DNA of 64,000 nt from an uncultured Flavobacteriales bacterium (GTDB lineage: Bacteria; Bacteroidota; Bacteroidia; AKYH767-A; 2013-40CM-41-45), in assembly GCA_964356415.1 (NCBI GenBank), contig CAYHHK010000001.1, forward strand, positions 38,057 through 102,056. Reading direction: 5' to 3'. Position 1 is the first letter of the stretch, and each line of letters opens with the position of its first letter. The translations under genes and the position numbers were made by a program. The notes under the pieces were generated by a model. That model worked only from the letters and a program-made list of their open reading frames with translations, did no database searches and was not told the origin of the DNA. Of the stretch, positions 18,658 to 28,319 are shown piece by piece.

Positions 18658-19833
18658 TTAAATGATCATACTTAATTTAACAAGGTCGCCTTTTTCAAAA
18701 AAATCTTTTTCTTCGCTTAATTCAATGATGCAATCTGCCATGGCAAAGGAATTAAGCAGGTAACTTTCCTGGCTGTCCAAAATGCTTACGCCGGCCGGGT
18801 TTGTTTTTCCTTTAAGGAAAAAAGTAAGGCCGGTTTTTTTTCTGAATTCTCCTGTCAATGGCAGTTTTAACTTTCTGAAATATTCCTTCCTGGTAAAGCT
18901 GCTTATAGCGGGAATCACATATTCATAAAAGCAGGAGAGTACAGCCGCCGGATTTCCGGGCAATGCAAAAATCAGTGTTTGGTTGTATTTGCCGAAATAG
19001 AAAGGCTTTCCCGGCTTCTGCTTCACTTTGTGAAATATTTTTGTTACTCCGCATGCGGCCAGGGCGCCTGCTACAAAATCATAATCTCCGACTGATATCC
19101 CGCCTGTAACGATAATGATATCATTTGAAAGCTGATCCTGAATGGCATTTTTGATTTTACTTTCATCATCATCAACAATTGTTAGCGAAGCAGGAGAAAT
19201 ATTCAGCTGACTCAACGCGGCAACAAGTCCGTATGAATTTGACTCATATATTTTTCCATCCCCCATTGGAGTTCCGGGTTGCAACAATTCTTTTCCGGTA
19301 ACAATAATGCTGACTGATGGTTTTGAATACACATTCACTTTTTCAATTCCGGCCCCGGCAAGAAATGAAATTGCGGCGGGCGTTAACAGCGTATTCGGGT
19401 GCAGGATAATTTCATCTTTTTTCGTCTGGGACGCCTTAGGGCGAACATTGCTTCCGTGAAGAATTTCTGCATCACTGATTGAAATGCTGTTTTCCAAGGC
19501 AATTACCTTTTCCTGCATCACAACCGTGTCGGCACTATCGGGCAATGCAGCACCGGTAAAAATTCTTACCGCTTCCATTGGGTTCAGCCGCGTCCCAAAA
19601 ATATTTCCTGCCTGTATTTCACCCTTGAGCATTAAATTACTTTTTTTGTCCCAACCGGCATATGAAAATGCATAGCCATCCATTGCAGATTGATTGAAAG
19701 GTGGTGTGTCAATGAGGGAATAAGCCGGTTCCGCCAATACATAACCCTGTGCCTCTCTCAAAAAAAGATGTTCAACTTTAGTTGATGTGCAGTTTTCTTT
19801 GATGAGTGATTTTGCTTCAGTTACTTTAATCAT
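18658..19833 (-). CDS. moeA: molybdopterin molybdotransferase MoeA
   Basis: 391 aa with the MoeA fold and the SAMDGYAF motif. ATG at 19833. Confidence 0.9.
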   Translation of the reverse strand: MIKVTEAKSLIKENCTSTKVEHLFLREAQGYVLAEPAYSLIDTPPFNQSAMDGYAFSYAGWDKKSNLMLKGEIQAGNIFGTRLNPMEAVRIFTGAALPDSADTVVMQEKVIALENSISISDAEILHGSNVRPKASQTKKDEIILHPNTLLTPAAISFLAGAGIEKVNVYSKPSVSIIVTGKELLQPGTPMGDGKIYESNSYGLVAALSQLNISPASLTIVDDDESKIKNAIQDQLSNDIIIVTGGISVGDYDFVAGALAACGVTKIFHKVKQKPGKPFYFGKYNQTLIFALPGNPAAVLSCFYEYVIPAISSFTRKEYFRKLKLPLTGEFRKKTGLTFFLKGKTNPAGVSILDSQESYLLNSFAMADCIIELSEEKDFFEKGDLVKLSMII

Positions 19834-19916
19834 TTCCGATATGCCGTTTAAGGAATAACGATATTTATAAAAATACTACGTACTACTTTTTCCGGACAAC
19901 ACATTGTATTTTATAG

Positions 19917-19930
19917 TTGACATTTTTCAA
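19917..19930. promoter_or_regulatory. candidate CRP/FNR-family binding site TTGAC-N4-TTCAA upstream of moeA
   Basis: TTGACATTTTTCAA matches 9 of 10 positions of the TTGAT-N4-ATCAA FNR consensus. It lies ~85-95 bp upstream of the moeA start in the 159-bp moaA-moeA intergenic region. Confidence 0.3.
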
Positions 19931-19992
19931 CGTTTTTTATGAATGTATTTGATGTAATATTTTCCAATAATGAATTACGTGATACTTTACTA

Positions 19993-20976
19993 TTATCCTC
20001 CGATATTAATCATGCTCCGGTTCTTAATTGAGATTGCTTCAGAATTTTTTAACGATGATGTAAATTGTCCTCCCAATGCTTTTTCTTTGTCAGCTATACA
20101 TTGTTTAATCAATGGCAAGATATCTTCATTTCTCCTTAGCGCTCCAAGTATGTCAACTTCGCTTTTTGAGAAAAGGCAATTCTTCATTTTGCCGTCAGTT
20201 GTAAGCCGCATTCTGTTACATCCGCTACAGAATGGTTCACTCATGGTGCTGATAATTGCAAAGGTCCCTTTGTGACCCGGTATAAAATATTTTTTTGCGG
20301 TATCGTTTATTTTATTTGGTAATTTAATGAAGTTGTATTTAGAAGAAATTAATTCAAGAATTTCGCGGTGTGAAATGACTTTTTCTTTGTTCCATTGGTT
20401 GCCTTCAAATGGCATGAACTCGATGAACCTTACGTGTACGGGCTCATTTTGTGTCCATTCAACGAAGTCGGTGATCTCGTTGTCGTTCACACCTTTCATA
20501 ACAACCACATTTACTTTCAGGTGAAAATTATTTTCCAGCAGAACTTTAATATTTTTCCTGACCCTGTCGAATTCATTACGCTGTGTGATGGTGAAATTCT
20601 TATCCCGGTTTAGGGAATCAAGACTCACATTCACGGATTTTATTCCTGCAAAATTAAATGTTTCAATAAACTCGTCAACAAAAACGCCATTGGTTGTAAT
20701 TGAAAGTTCAATCGGATATTTTGAAAGACGCTGAATGATATCCCTTGCGTCTTTCCTGACCAGTGGTTCTCCCCCTGTAAGTCGGATTTTCTGTACACCT
20801 TCCTTTACAAATACAGAAGTGATGAAATCAATTTCATCTGCTGTCATTTGTGTTGCTCCTGAAAAATAGCCTCTCGGTAAATCTAGCGGACAACAATATG
20901 TACAGCGCAAATTGCACTTGTCGGTAAGTGAAATCCGAAGGTAATCATGAATACGGTTGAATTTATCCTTTAACAT
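19993..20976 (-). CDS. moaA: GTP 3',8-cyclase MoaA (radical SAM)
   Basis: CNLRCTYCCP radical-SAM motif and C-terminal second-cluster Cys residues. ATG at 20976. Confidence 0.92.
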   Translation of the reverse strand: MLKDKFNRIHDYLRISLTDKCNLRCTYCCPLDLPRGYFSGATQMTADEIDFITSVFVKEGVQKIRLTGGEPLVRKDARDIIQRLSKYPIELSITTNGVFVDEFIETFNFAGIKSVNVSLDSLNRDKNFTITQRNEFDRVRKNIKVLLENNFHLKVNVVVMKGVNDNEITDFVEWTQNEPVHVRFIEFMPFEGNQWNKEKVISHREILELISSKYNFIKLPNKINDTAKKYFIPGHKGTFAIISTMSEPFCSGCNRMRLTTDGKMKNCLFSKSEVDILGALRRNEDILPLIKQCIADKEKALGGQFTSSLKNSEAISIKNRSMINIGG

Positions 20977-21026
20977 CCGGTGTCAAAGTTTATGTAATAT
21001 AGTCAATTATCAAAGCTTTTGGAAAT

Positions 21027-22313
21027 TTAGTTTTTAAGTAATTGCGGTTTAAAGGTTAGCATCAGGTACATCCAATTATTGGTTTCCCCTTCACTTCCTC
21101 CTTTGATTGCTTTCATAGTTTCTGTTGCTATCATTTGGGAATACCCGTATTGAATTGAAACACCTTTTGCCGGGTTATAACCTAAGGTCAGATCTAACTC
21201 CGTTCCTAATGTTGCATTCATGGCTTCATATTTTCCCTGTTCAGTCAGTATTTTTATGTTTAGAATATCTGAGTTTGAACTAAACTGATGCAAATCCAAG
21301 CCAAGCCACCATTTTTCAACTTTGTACTTTATTTTGAAATAGAAATCATTCAAGCCGACGGTGTTGATATGATTTCCAACATAAAAGTAGTCCATGTATC
21401 CATTGAATTTATGCGCTGTACCATATAGCGGATTAAATGAATGATTAACATCAGTATAAGTTTTGGAGGTATCGGTTTGACTTTGGCCGGAAAGTATTTC
21501 TCCGCCAATACCAATGGTGAGCTTAGAATGAAAGGTAAATGAAATGTCCGCACCTGCAAAATATGCGGCAATATCCTTTTTGGTAGCACCATCAGTACCC
21601 ATTTGATAATACCCGCGCAGTGAAGCGAAGATTTTTTCCTTCTTGTATTCTAAATGTGGCCCCAACGTCTGGCTGAAACGCGTACTGGTGGCTGAGACTG
21701 GCGATTGAACTCCATTGTTGACAACAAGTAAGCTGATGCCAACTGAATTGATTTTTTTATTCAGCCAGAGATAGTGCATTTCCTTGTAATTGTTTGCGAC
21801 AGTATAGGCAGTTCCAATGGTTGTTTCTGCATTTTGATTATAGGCAATTCCCACATTAGCTGAAAAGGTACTGTCAGCGTATTTAAGCAATAGTAGGTCA
21901 TGACTGCGTCCCTGCTGCGTCCAGCTTACACCACCCAATATCCGTTCATCGTCATAAACGAGTTCCTGTCTTCCGAATTTTGCTGAAAATCCTTTTGTGA
22001 AAAAATATTCCCCCCATGCTTCGTGAATTGACGAGAGGCCATCGGTCTTATTTAACTGTGACTGACTTCCCCATATTCGCACATCCTGTAGTGAGATTCC
22101 GACTTTGTATTTTTCTGCATTGTAATTAAAATTCAGACGCGTCCGTTGCTCAGTGAAAACAGTTCCTGCTTGTCCGGTGTCTATTAGGGATTTATAACCG
22201 TGACGGAATTCAGTGCGTGGGCGAATCTCTCCTCCCAGTGTCATCTGAGCCAAAACTGAATCAACAGGTGAGCATAAAATAATAAATAAAAAACAGGGCC
22301 ATATGTTTTTCAT
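21027..22313 (-). CDS. outer-membrane beta-barrel porin (alginate-export/anion-porin-like)
   Basis: 428 aa with a signal peptide, alternating amphipathic beta-strand pattern and a C-terminal aromatic residue typical of OM barrels. Confidence 0.5.
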   Translation of the reverse strand: MKNIWPCFLFIILCSPVDSVLAQMTLGGEIRPRTEFRHGYKSLIDTGQAGTVFTEQRTRLNFNYNAEKYKVGISLQDVRIWGSQSQLNKTDGLSSIHEAWGEYFFTKGFSAKFGRQELVYDDERILGGVSWTQQGRSHDLLLLKYADSTFSANVGIAYNQNAETTIGTAYTVANNYKEMHYLWLNKKINSVGISLLVVNNGVQSPVSATSTRFSQTLGPHLEYKKEKIFASLRGYYQMGTDGATKKDIAAYFAGADISFTFHSKLTIGIGGEILSGQSQTDTSKTYTDVNHSFNPLYGTAHKFNGYMDYFYVGNHINTVGLNDFYFKIKYKVEKWWLGLDLHQFSSNSDILNIKILTEQGKYEAMNATLGTELDLTLGYNPAKGVSIQYGYSQMIATETMKAIKGGSEGETNNWMYLMLTFKPQLLKN

Positions 22314-22334
22314 AGTTATGGTTTTAAAATTGAA

Positions 22335-23012
22335 TTAGGATAATGTAATTGAAAAATATTTTTTCATTTGATTTTCCATTTCAGTAAATTCAACATCAGT
22401 AAGATGTTTCTGGGCGAGTGCAAATACTACATTATCTTCCCTGAAAATATGAAGGCGGATTAGCTCGACCAGAGATTTTCCTTGTTCTACTGCGGTATCA
22501 ATAAGTACAGCGCGAGAGGGGATATCAGTCAGTCTGGAGGCCATTCCCATCAAGCTAAACGAAAGAGTTGTTAGCTGCATTATTTTTATATGGTCATTTT
22601 CGAGCATGTCTACTGCAGTTTCAGGAATTGGCGCAGTGCTTTTCTCACCTTTGTCTAACAACCGATCGTGCAGGATAGGAAATAAAATTCGCTCTTCTTT
22701 CAGATTGTGCATCACGATTGTCTCATCCAGAAACTGAAAGAAGTTGCCTAATCTTATATTTCGTTCTTTGGTAATTCCTTCTTTCCTTACTTCAATAAGT
22801 GCCGCTTCAAATTTCTCCAATTCTTCTAAAATAATTTTATGCTCATCAGTAAGGTGACGGAGAAATAATGAAAGTTGCTCATAAGGCACCGGCTGTATGC
22901 TTGGTGGTTTATACGCATCAGGTGGATCCATCGGAGAAAATTCCTGTTGCCCGTTAGTATCCTTTTCCACATTTCTTTTTATGTAATCGGTTTCGGTAAA
23001 AATATTATTCAT
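22335..23012 (-). CDS. hemerythrin HHE cation-binding domain protein
   Basis: Repeated H..E / HHE-like motifs (DEHKII..ELE, MHNLKEERILFP, ENDHIKI, HIFREDNVVF). The track start at 23045 is TTG, and the first ATG is at 23012. Confidence 0.6.
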   Translation of the reverse strand: MNNIFTETDYIKRNVEKDTNGQQEFSPMDPPDAYKPPSIQPVPYEQLSLFLRHLTDEHKIILEELEKFEAALIEVRKEGITKERNIRLGNFFQFLDETIVMHNLKEERILFPILHDRLLDKGEKSTAPIPETAVDMLENDHIKIMQLTTLSFSLMGMASRLTDIPSRAVLIDTAVEQGKSLVELIRLHIFREDNVVFALAQKHLTDVEFTEMENQMKKYFSITLS

Positions 23013-23330
23013 GATAATTTTAATTTGGTTTTGTGTAAAAATCAATCCTTTGATTGAATCCCGCTATGACATTAGTCACCTTTAGAAACGTTATTTTGGG
23101 ATAAACCCGAATTCCCGGTTTGACTTATCGCTTCAACATAAAGCATTGCATATCAACGGAATATAGAAAGACCATAGCCAATGGTATTTGATGATTTCCC
23201 CTGGATTGAGGTAAAAGATGAGGCATTGTCAATTCGAACGAAAAATCGAAAGACAGGCGGCAGAGATTCCGGAGTAAATTGTGATTTAAATGCTGTTAAA
23301 AAGAAACATCTTAGAATTTCGAAAAGATGG

Positions 23331-25307
23331 TTAATGAAGAGGTTGTACGACAAGCCGTCCTGTTATCAAATCCGTTTCAGATCGTAATTCATAGATATAG
23401 GCTCCGGGGCTGATTATTGCATCAACCGAAATAATATTTCTGCCATTGATAATTTTATGCCTGGATGATAGAACTTGTTCGCCGGGAATATTTCTGATGG
23501 TTATTTCGATGTCTGAATTCCGGTTGGCATATATTTCGAAATAAAATTGCCCGTCTGTAGGGTTTGGAAAAACTGTTGCTGGTAGAAATTTCAGATTCAT
23601 TGATATCGAAAGAAGTGACGGTGCCAGGTAAACCGGTTTTATAGATTCAATGCTATCACCAAAGTTGTTTTTCACCAGCAGGCGAAGCAAATAATTGCCC
23701 GGTGTTAATCCGTTTGTATTCCATATTCCAATGCTTGCATTACGAACTTCATTCAGTGAATCCAGGACAATAGGTGTCCATTGGGCTGTGCCAACTTTTT
23801 GATAAAACAAACTGTAGGTTCCAAAATCCATCCAGCTTCCTGCCGGACCATTGTCGATCCAGACTGAACCGGTAACGACAACGCTCGAATCAACGATACC
23901 TGTATCAGGCAGTGCAATGTTTTGCATCCATGCGATGGCCTGATCGTAAGCAACCGGATCCAGTACCAGTTTATTCTGAGCACAAATCATTACACTGCTT
24001 CCAATTGCAGAAGGTGCAGCAAATGGTAGCCAACTATATGCCAATAGAAAAATCCCATTCCTTTCGCTCCGCGTTGTAGAATAAACAGTAGCGCCGGTAG
24101 ATACAATAAAACTTGTATCTGTGGCCCAAAAATAGCCACCACTTCCATCCAGGAGAAAGTCATTGGCATTACATGTGGAGTGTTGTTGTGTTCCGACTTC
24201 GCCCAACTCGCAGTTGGATATTGCAATCATTGATGAATCAAAAACATATAAACTCCATGTTTGGACAGAAGTATTGATGAGGTGTAAATTCCTGTCAGGC
24301 AAGGGTGCGATGAAATTCGAATAATAAGAATTATCAAACAAGCCTGTAACGTTTACCGTATCGCCATATTGAAACCATGCGCCGATTGTACGCATTACGG
24401 AATTTGAAATGGTTACATCAGAGCCATTGACAGGCATCATTCCCCACCAAACTGTATGGCAGGAGTCAGCGAAAACTGTATAGCCGATTCCTGAGATACC
24501 GGGTGTATTATTGTTTAATGAATAATTAGTTACAGTGTCACCATCTGGAAAATCGAAATTGATAATAGCGCTGTCAGGGAAGTGGTGCCATAGTAATAGC
24601 GTATCGCAATTAGTAAAATTTGTGGTACAGGATGATGTTAGGATGTATTCTCCTGTCAGGTTGCAATTATTAATTGACAAAGTAGGTGCACCAAATAAGC
24701 CGCAGGTAGTAAAATCATTTTGATGAATATTGTCGAATATAACAATTGAGGAATCGGCGAGTAGCAAGTTGTGCGAATAGCCACTGTAATTAAAGCTCGA
24801 GTTTGAAATTAAGGCATAACCATTTTGAAGAACAAAAAATGAGCGTTGATAAAAATATTCCTGAGGGAAAAAGAAGGAGGTGGAGTCTGCCAGTAATTGT
24901 CCATTCCCAAATACATAGATATCCCCGGTATCAATGACTGTTGCATTGTCAAATATTAAAACCCCGTCATTCAATACCCATATTGGTCCTGTATGTGTCC
25001 AAAGACCTGTAATGATGACCGTATCGCTAGGAACATCTCCAACAACTAAAGTATCATTATTAAGGACAGCATCTTGAGAATGGAGTTTTAACCCTTGAGT
25101 CTGATATTGAAGTACATGATTCAACATCTGATAAGGGCTGCTCAGCACTTGAGGCACTGAATTATTTATGGGAAGAGTTTTTACGAAAGGAATTTGTTTA
25201 GTTGAATTATTTAGCGCGGCATTTATTTTCTGTTGAGGAAAAATAGTCTGTGCTGATGATATCATTATAGTAAAAACTACAAATGAGAGAAGAATTAGGT
25301 TTTTCAT
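23331..25307 (-). CDS. secreted T9SS cargo protein with a C-terminal Por sorting domain (function unknown, beta-rich)
   Basis: ATG at 25307 gives the signal peptide MKNLILLSFVVFTIMISSAQT. The C-terminus VFPNPTDGQFYFEI...GAYIYEL...GRLVV is a type-A T9SS CTD. Confidence 0.75.
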   Translation of the reverse strand: MKNLILLSFVVFTIMISSAQTIFPQQKINAALNNSTKQIPFVKTLPINNSVPQVLSSPYQMLNHVLQYQTQGLKLHSQDAVLNNDTLVVGDVPSDTVIITGLWTHTGPIWVLNDGVLIFDNATVIDTGDIYVFGNGQLLADSTSFFFPQEYFYQRSFFVLQNGYALISNSSFNYSGYSHNLLLADSSIVIFDNIHQNDFTTCGLFGAPTLSINNCNLTGEYILTSSCTTNFTNCDTLLLWHHFPDSAIINFDFPDGDTVTNYSLNNNTPGISGIGYTVFADSCHTVWWGMMPVNGSDVTISNSVMRTIGAWFQYGDTVNVTGLFDNSYYSNFIAPLPDRNLHLINTSVQTWSLYVFDSSMIAISNCELGEVGTQQHSTCNANDFLLDGSGGYFWATDTSFIVSTGATVYSTTRSERNGIFLLAYSWLPFAAPSAIGSSVMICAQNKLVLDPVAYDQAIAWMQNIALPDTGIVDSSVVVTGSVWIDNGPAGSWMDFGTYSLFYQKVGTAQWTPIVLDSLNEVRNASIGIWNTNGLTPGNYLLRLLVKNNFGDSIESIKPVYLAPSLLSISMNLKFLPATVFPNPTDGQFYFEIYANRNSDIEITIRNIPGEQVLSSRHKIINGRNIISVDAIISPGAYIYELRSETDLITGRLVVQPLH

Positions 25308-25450
25308 GGGTCGAGGAATAAAGTTACAGAATGAACTAATCAATATTACCGGTGTAATAATAGTTTTCAACCCGCAATTAAGAAATAGGTCTAGTGCTTT
25401 TCAGTAAGCGCGATCTGGCACTTAATAAGTACAAATCTATTGATTGATAC

Positions 25451-26797
25451 TCAACTAGGTCTCTCGCACCCTTTGCATTGATAAAATTTCCAATTAATCC
25501 ATGTTGCAATAATTGCGAAAGCAATCAAGCCATAAAAAAAATTTGTGGCATTGCCGGTTGCTCCAATCACCGCACCTATTATTATTGAGAAAATAAACGG
25601 GCCGTATGCAGCAACAGCAGCAGTCCATCCGATAACTCCTGCTGCCTGCCTTGGGTTGTGCTGGAAGATAATAGGATACTGACGAAAAGTTGCAGCGTTT
25701 CCGATTCCGGTGAAGAAGAATAATCCGAGCATCACTGCAACAAACATTGGAAATTGTTCCATGCTTGTTGGAGCAACCAATCCCATCGTGATCAGCATTG
25801 TGCAACCTATTATCAATCCTATTCCTGTTATGGTTGTAAGTATAGCACCACCAGTTTTATCAGATATAAAACCAAACAGCACACGGCTGGCAGAGCCAAT
25901 AAGTGGTCCGTAAAAAGCATATTTCAATGGGTCGGGTGCGCCTTCAAAATTTCCGTAAAGTGTTTTCATCAGCATTGGAAATGCAGCTGATAAGCCGGCA
26001 AAGGAACCGAATGTCATCACATATGTAATTGTACAGAACCAGGTATGTTTCTCTTTAAAAATATCCAACTGTTCTTTAAAGGATGCCTTGAGCGGAACAC
26101 TCCGTAAAAACCACCAGCATAAAATTGTCATGATGATGATAAGCGGAACATACCACAGTGCAGCATTCTGTAAATAAATTTGTGATGTGCCAAGGACGTC
26201 TTTTGTTTTAGGATCTACTTTTGTAAAAGTTTCAGAAGCACCACAGATGGCTATCCCAAGCAAAGCCGGAGTCATGAATTGGGCGAGACTTACCCCGAAA
26301 TTTCCAATGCCTGCCTGTATGCCAAGCGCAGTTCCTTTTAACCGTTTTGGAAAAAATAAATTTGTGCTTGGCATATAAGATGAAAAATCTCCTCCGCCAA
26401 ATCCACAGGTGAAAGCAAGAACCATAAAAACCCAGAACGGAGTTTCAGGATCCATCACTGCCAAACCAATACCGATACATGGAATTAATTTTATCAGTGT
26501 TGCAAATGTGATTACATGTCGTGTTCCATAAACCGGCAAAAGAAAAGTGTGAATGATGCGCAATGTTCCCCCTGCCAAGCCGGGCATTGCAGCAAGCCAG
26601 AACAACTGATTCGTCGTAAACTTAAAACCGATCCCCGGAAGTTTCACCACAATTGCACTCATCATAAACCAGGTTGCGAAAGACAATGTAAGGCTTATGG
26701 TTGTTACCGTAAGGGTACGCCATGCGGTTTTTCTGCCTTCCGATTCCCAAAAATAATTATCTTCAGGTTCCCATTTTTTCAGCCATGTTGTTTTCAT
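25451..26797 (-). CDS. narK: MFS nitrate/nitrite transporter NarK
   Basis: 12-TM MFS protein with NarK/NNP-family glycine-rich signature segments. ATG at 26797 (MKTTWLKKW...) starts 16 nt after the narK2 stop. Confidence 0.85.
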   Translation of the reverse strand: MKTTWLKKWEPEDNYFWESEGRKTAWRTLTVTTISLTLSFATWFMMSAIVVKLPGIGFKFTTNQLFWLAAMPGLAGGTLRIIHTFLLPVYGTRHVITFATLIKLIPCIGIGLAVMDPETPFWVFMVLAFTCGFGGGDFSSYMPSTNLFFPKRLKGTALGIQAGIGNFGVSLAQFMTPALLGIAICGASETFTKVDPKTKDVLGTSQIYLQNAALWYVPLIIIMTILCWWFLRSVPLKASFKEQLDIFKEKHTWFCTITYVMTFGSFAGLSAAFPMLMKTLYGNFEGAPDPLKYAFYGPLIGSASRVLFGFISDKTGGAILTTITGIGLIIGCTMLITMGLVAPTSMEQFPMFVAVMLGLFFFTGIGNAATFRQYPIIFQHNPRQAAGVIGWTAAVAAYGPFIFSIIIGAVIGATGNATNFFYGLIAFAIIATWINWKFYQCKGCERPS

Positions 26798-26813
26798 AAT
26801 TTTTGTTTGAATT

Positions 26814-28313
26814 TTAATGCACGTCGGTTGCCTCAATTTTGCCTTTTGTATGCGGGGCTGCTTCATCCCTCATGTGTGTAATAATATGGTGCATCCACCA
26901 CAAGCATAATATGGAAATTCCCCAGAGGAAAACCCACATGCTTGTCCACAATCCTGTTCCTTTAAGCATATAGCCAAAGATGATTGGAGAGAAAAATCCA
27001 CCCAATCCTCCGAGCACACCTACCATTCCTCCAACAGCTCCAACGTCATTGGGGAAGTAATTTGGAATGTGTTTGTAAACTGCAGCTTTTCCTATTCCCC
27101 AAACAATGCCAACTAAAAAAATAAGTATGGTTGCAATCCAGATGTTCGCCTGAAAATAGATATGTGTTGTTCCCTTTGCAATTAGCTGTTTCTTTTTTAC
27201 GATGTCGCCTGATACTACTGTGGCTACCTGCCAGTTTTTTTTCATGGGGAATAATGAAAACTCATCCTCTGAATGATAACGTTCTGGCTTCATGATGAGC
27301 GGGTAATTCATTCCATCAATACTTATCAGGCTGTCGGTAACTAGTGTAACCTTACCGGCTCTTTTGGCAAGAACACCTTCTCCCGGAGATTCAATTTCCA
27401 TTTGGGGTACAATAAGCAGGAAACACATAATGCAAGACGCAATGAAGATCCAATACATCACTTTTCTGGCTCCAAGTTTATCCGACATCCATCCGCCCAA
27501 GGCGCGAATTAACCCTGACGGCATGCTGAAGAGTGAGGCAAGCAATCCGGCAGTGACCAATGAAACAGAGTACATGTTGAGATAATATGGTACGAGCCAT
27601 TGCGAGAGCGCAACAAAACAACCAAACACGAGATAATAATATAATCCGAAACGCCACACACGTACTTGTTTCAGCGGTGCCAGCATCTTAATAAAACTTT
27701 TCCCCCTTGCGGTTTCCGAAATTTTATTTTTTGTGAAAAGCAGAAAAATAATTCCCATTATGATGAGTGCGACAGAATAAATTTGCGGGAGTTGCCTCCA
27801 GCCTTCAAGATTTGTTCCGTTGCCTGTAAGATTTTTTAATAGTGTTGGGGCAATAAGCGTTGTAATTCCGGCACCGAAATTTCCCATGCCGAATATACCG
27901 AGTGCGCGCCCCTGCCATTCTTTGGGGTACCACAGTGATGTGTATGCAATGCCAATTGAAAATCCAACCCCTGCAATTCCAAACCCGAAACTACACAAAG
28001 CGAACGCGGCAAAGCTGTTGGCGTAACTCACAAAGTACATGGGTATTGCGCAGAGAAAAAGTAATCCACCCATCATCCATTTGCCCCCATATTTATCCGT
28101 CCATATTCCTCCATGCAAACGGAAGATAGAACCACTCAAAACAGGAATGGCAAGCAGCCAGCCGATTTCTACCGGACTCCATTTGAAAATCTGATTGTCG
28201 ACAAGAAATGCAACGAGCACTCCATTGAACATCCACACTGCAAAGCAAACAGTGAACGCTAGCGTGTTTAGAAATAAAATACGGTGTGAAGTAGATGTTG
28301 CTTTTTGTTCCAT
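26814..28313 (-). CDS. narK: MFS nitrate/nitrite transporter NarK-type (second copy) with an ~85-aa hydrophilic insertion between TM9 and TM10
   Basis: 499 aa with an NNP-family topology. The insertion ...PQMEIESPGEGVLAKRAGKVTLVTDSLISIDGMNYPLIMKPERYHSEDEFSLFPMKKNWQVATVVSGDIVKKKQLIAKGTTHIYFQAN... is visible in the sequence. Confidence 0.8.
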   Translation of the reverse strand: MEQKATSTSHRILFLNTLAFTVCFAVWMFNGVLVAFLVDNQIFKWSPVEIGWLLAIPVLSGSIFRLHGGIWTDKYGGKWMMGGLLFLCAIPMYFVSYANSFAAFALCSFGFGIAGVGFSIGIAYTSLWYPKEWQGRALGIFGMGNFGAGITTLIAPTLLKNLTGNGTNLEGWRQLPQIYSVALIIMGIIFLLFTKNKISETARGKSFIKMLAPLKQVRVWRFGLYYYLVFGCFVALSQWLVPYYLNMYSVSLVTAGLLASLFSMPSGLIRALGGWMSDKLGARKVMYWIFIASCIMCFLLIVPQMEIESPGEGVLAKRAGKVTLVTDSLISIDGMNYPLIMKPERYHSEDEFSLFPMKKNWQVATVVSGDIVKKKQLIAKGTTHIYFQANIWIATILIFLVGIVWGIGKAAVYKHIPNYFPNDVGAVGGMVGVLGGLGGFFSPIIFGYMLKGTGLWTSMWVFLWGISILCLWWMHHIITHMRDEAAPHTKGKIEATDVH

Positions 28314-28319
28314 GATGAT

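Noticed and set aside
19834-21026. Possible Moco riboswitch upstream of moaA or moeA
   Set aside because: The moaA leader is only ~50 bp, and the moeA leader is 159 bp of AT-rich sequence lacking the GC-rich paired elements expected for the Moco RNA motif. It cannot be confirmed without a covariance-model search, so it is not called.
23153-23387. Two small ORFs (66 and 68 aa) in the 285-bp gap upstream of the hemerythrin gene
   Set aside because: They overlap each other on opposite strands with no motifs or RBS/promoter context. The region is more likely a promoter or leader. An AATCAA-TCCT-TTGATT palindrome at 23040-23056 was noted there, but it overlaps the uncertain start codon.
25494-25805. 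103-aa Cys/His-rich ORF inside narK1
   Set aside because: Out-of-frame overlap with a 12-TM MFS gene; the Cys richness is a frame artefact.
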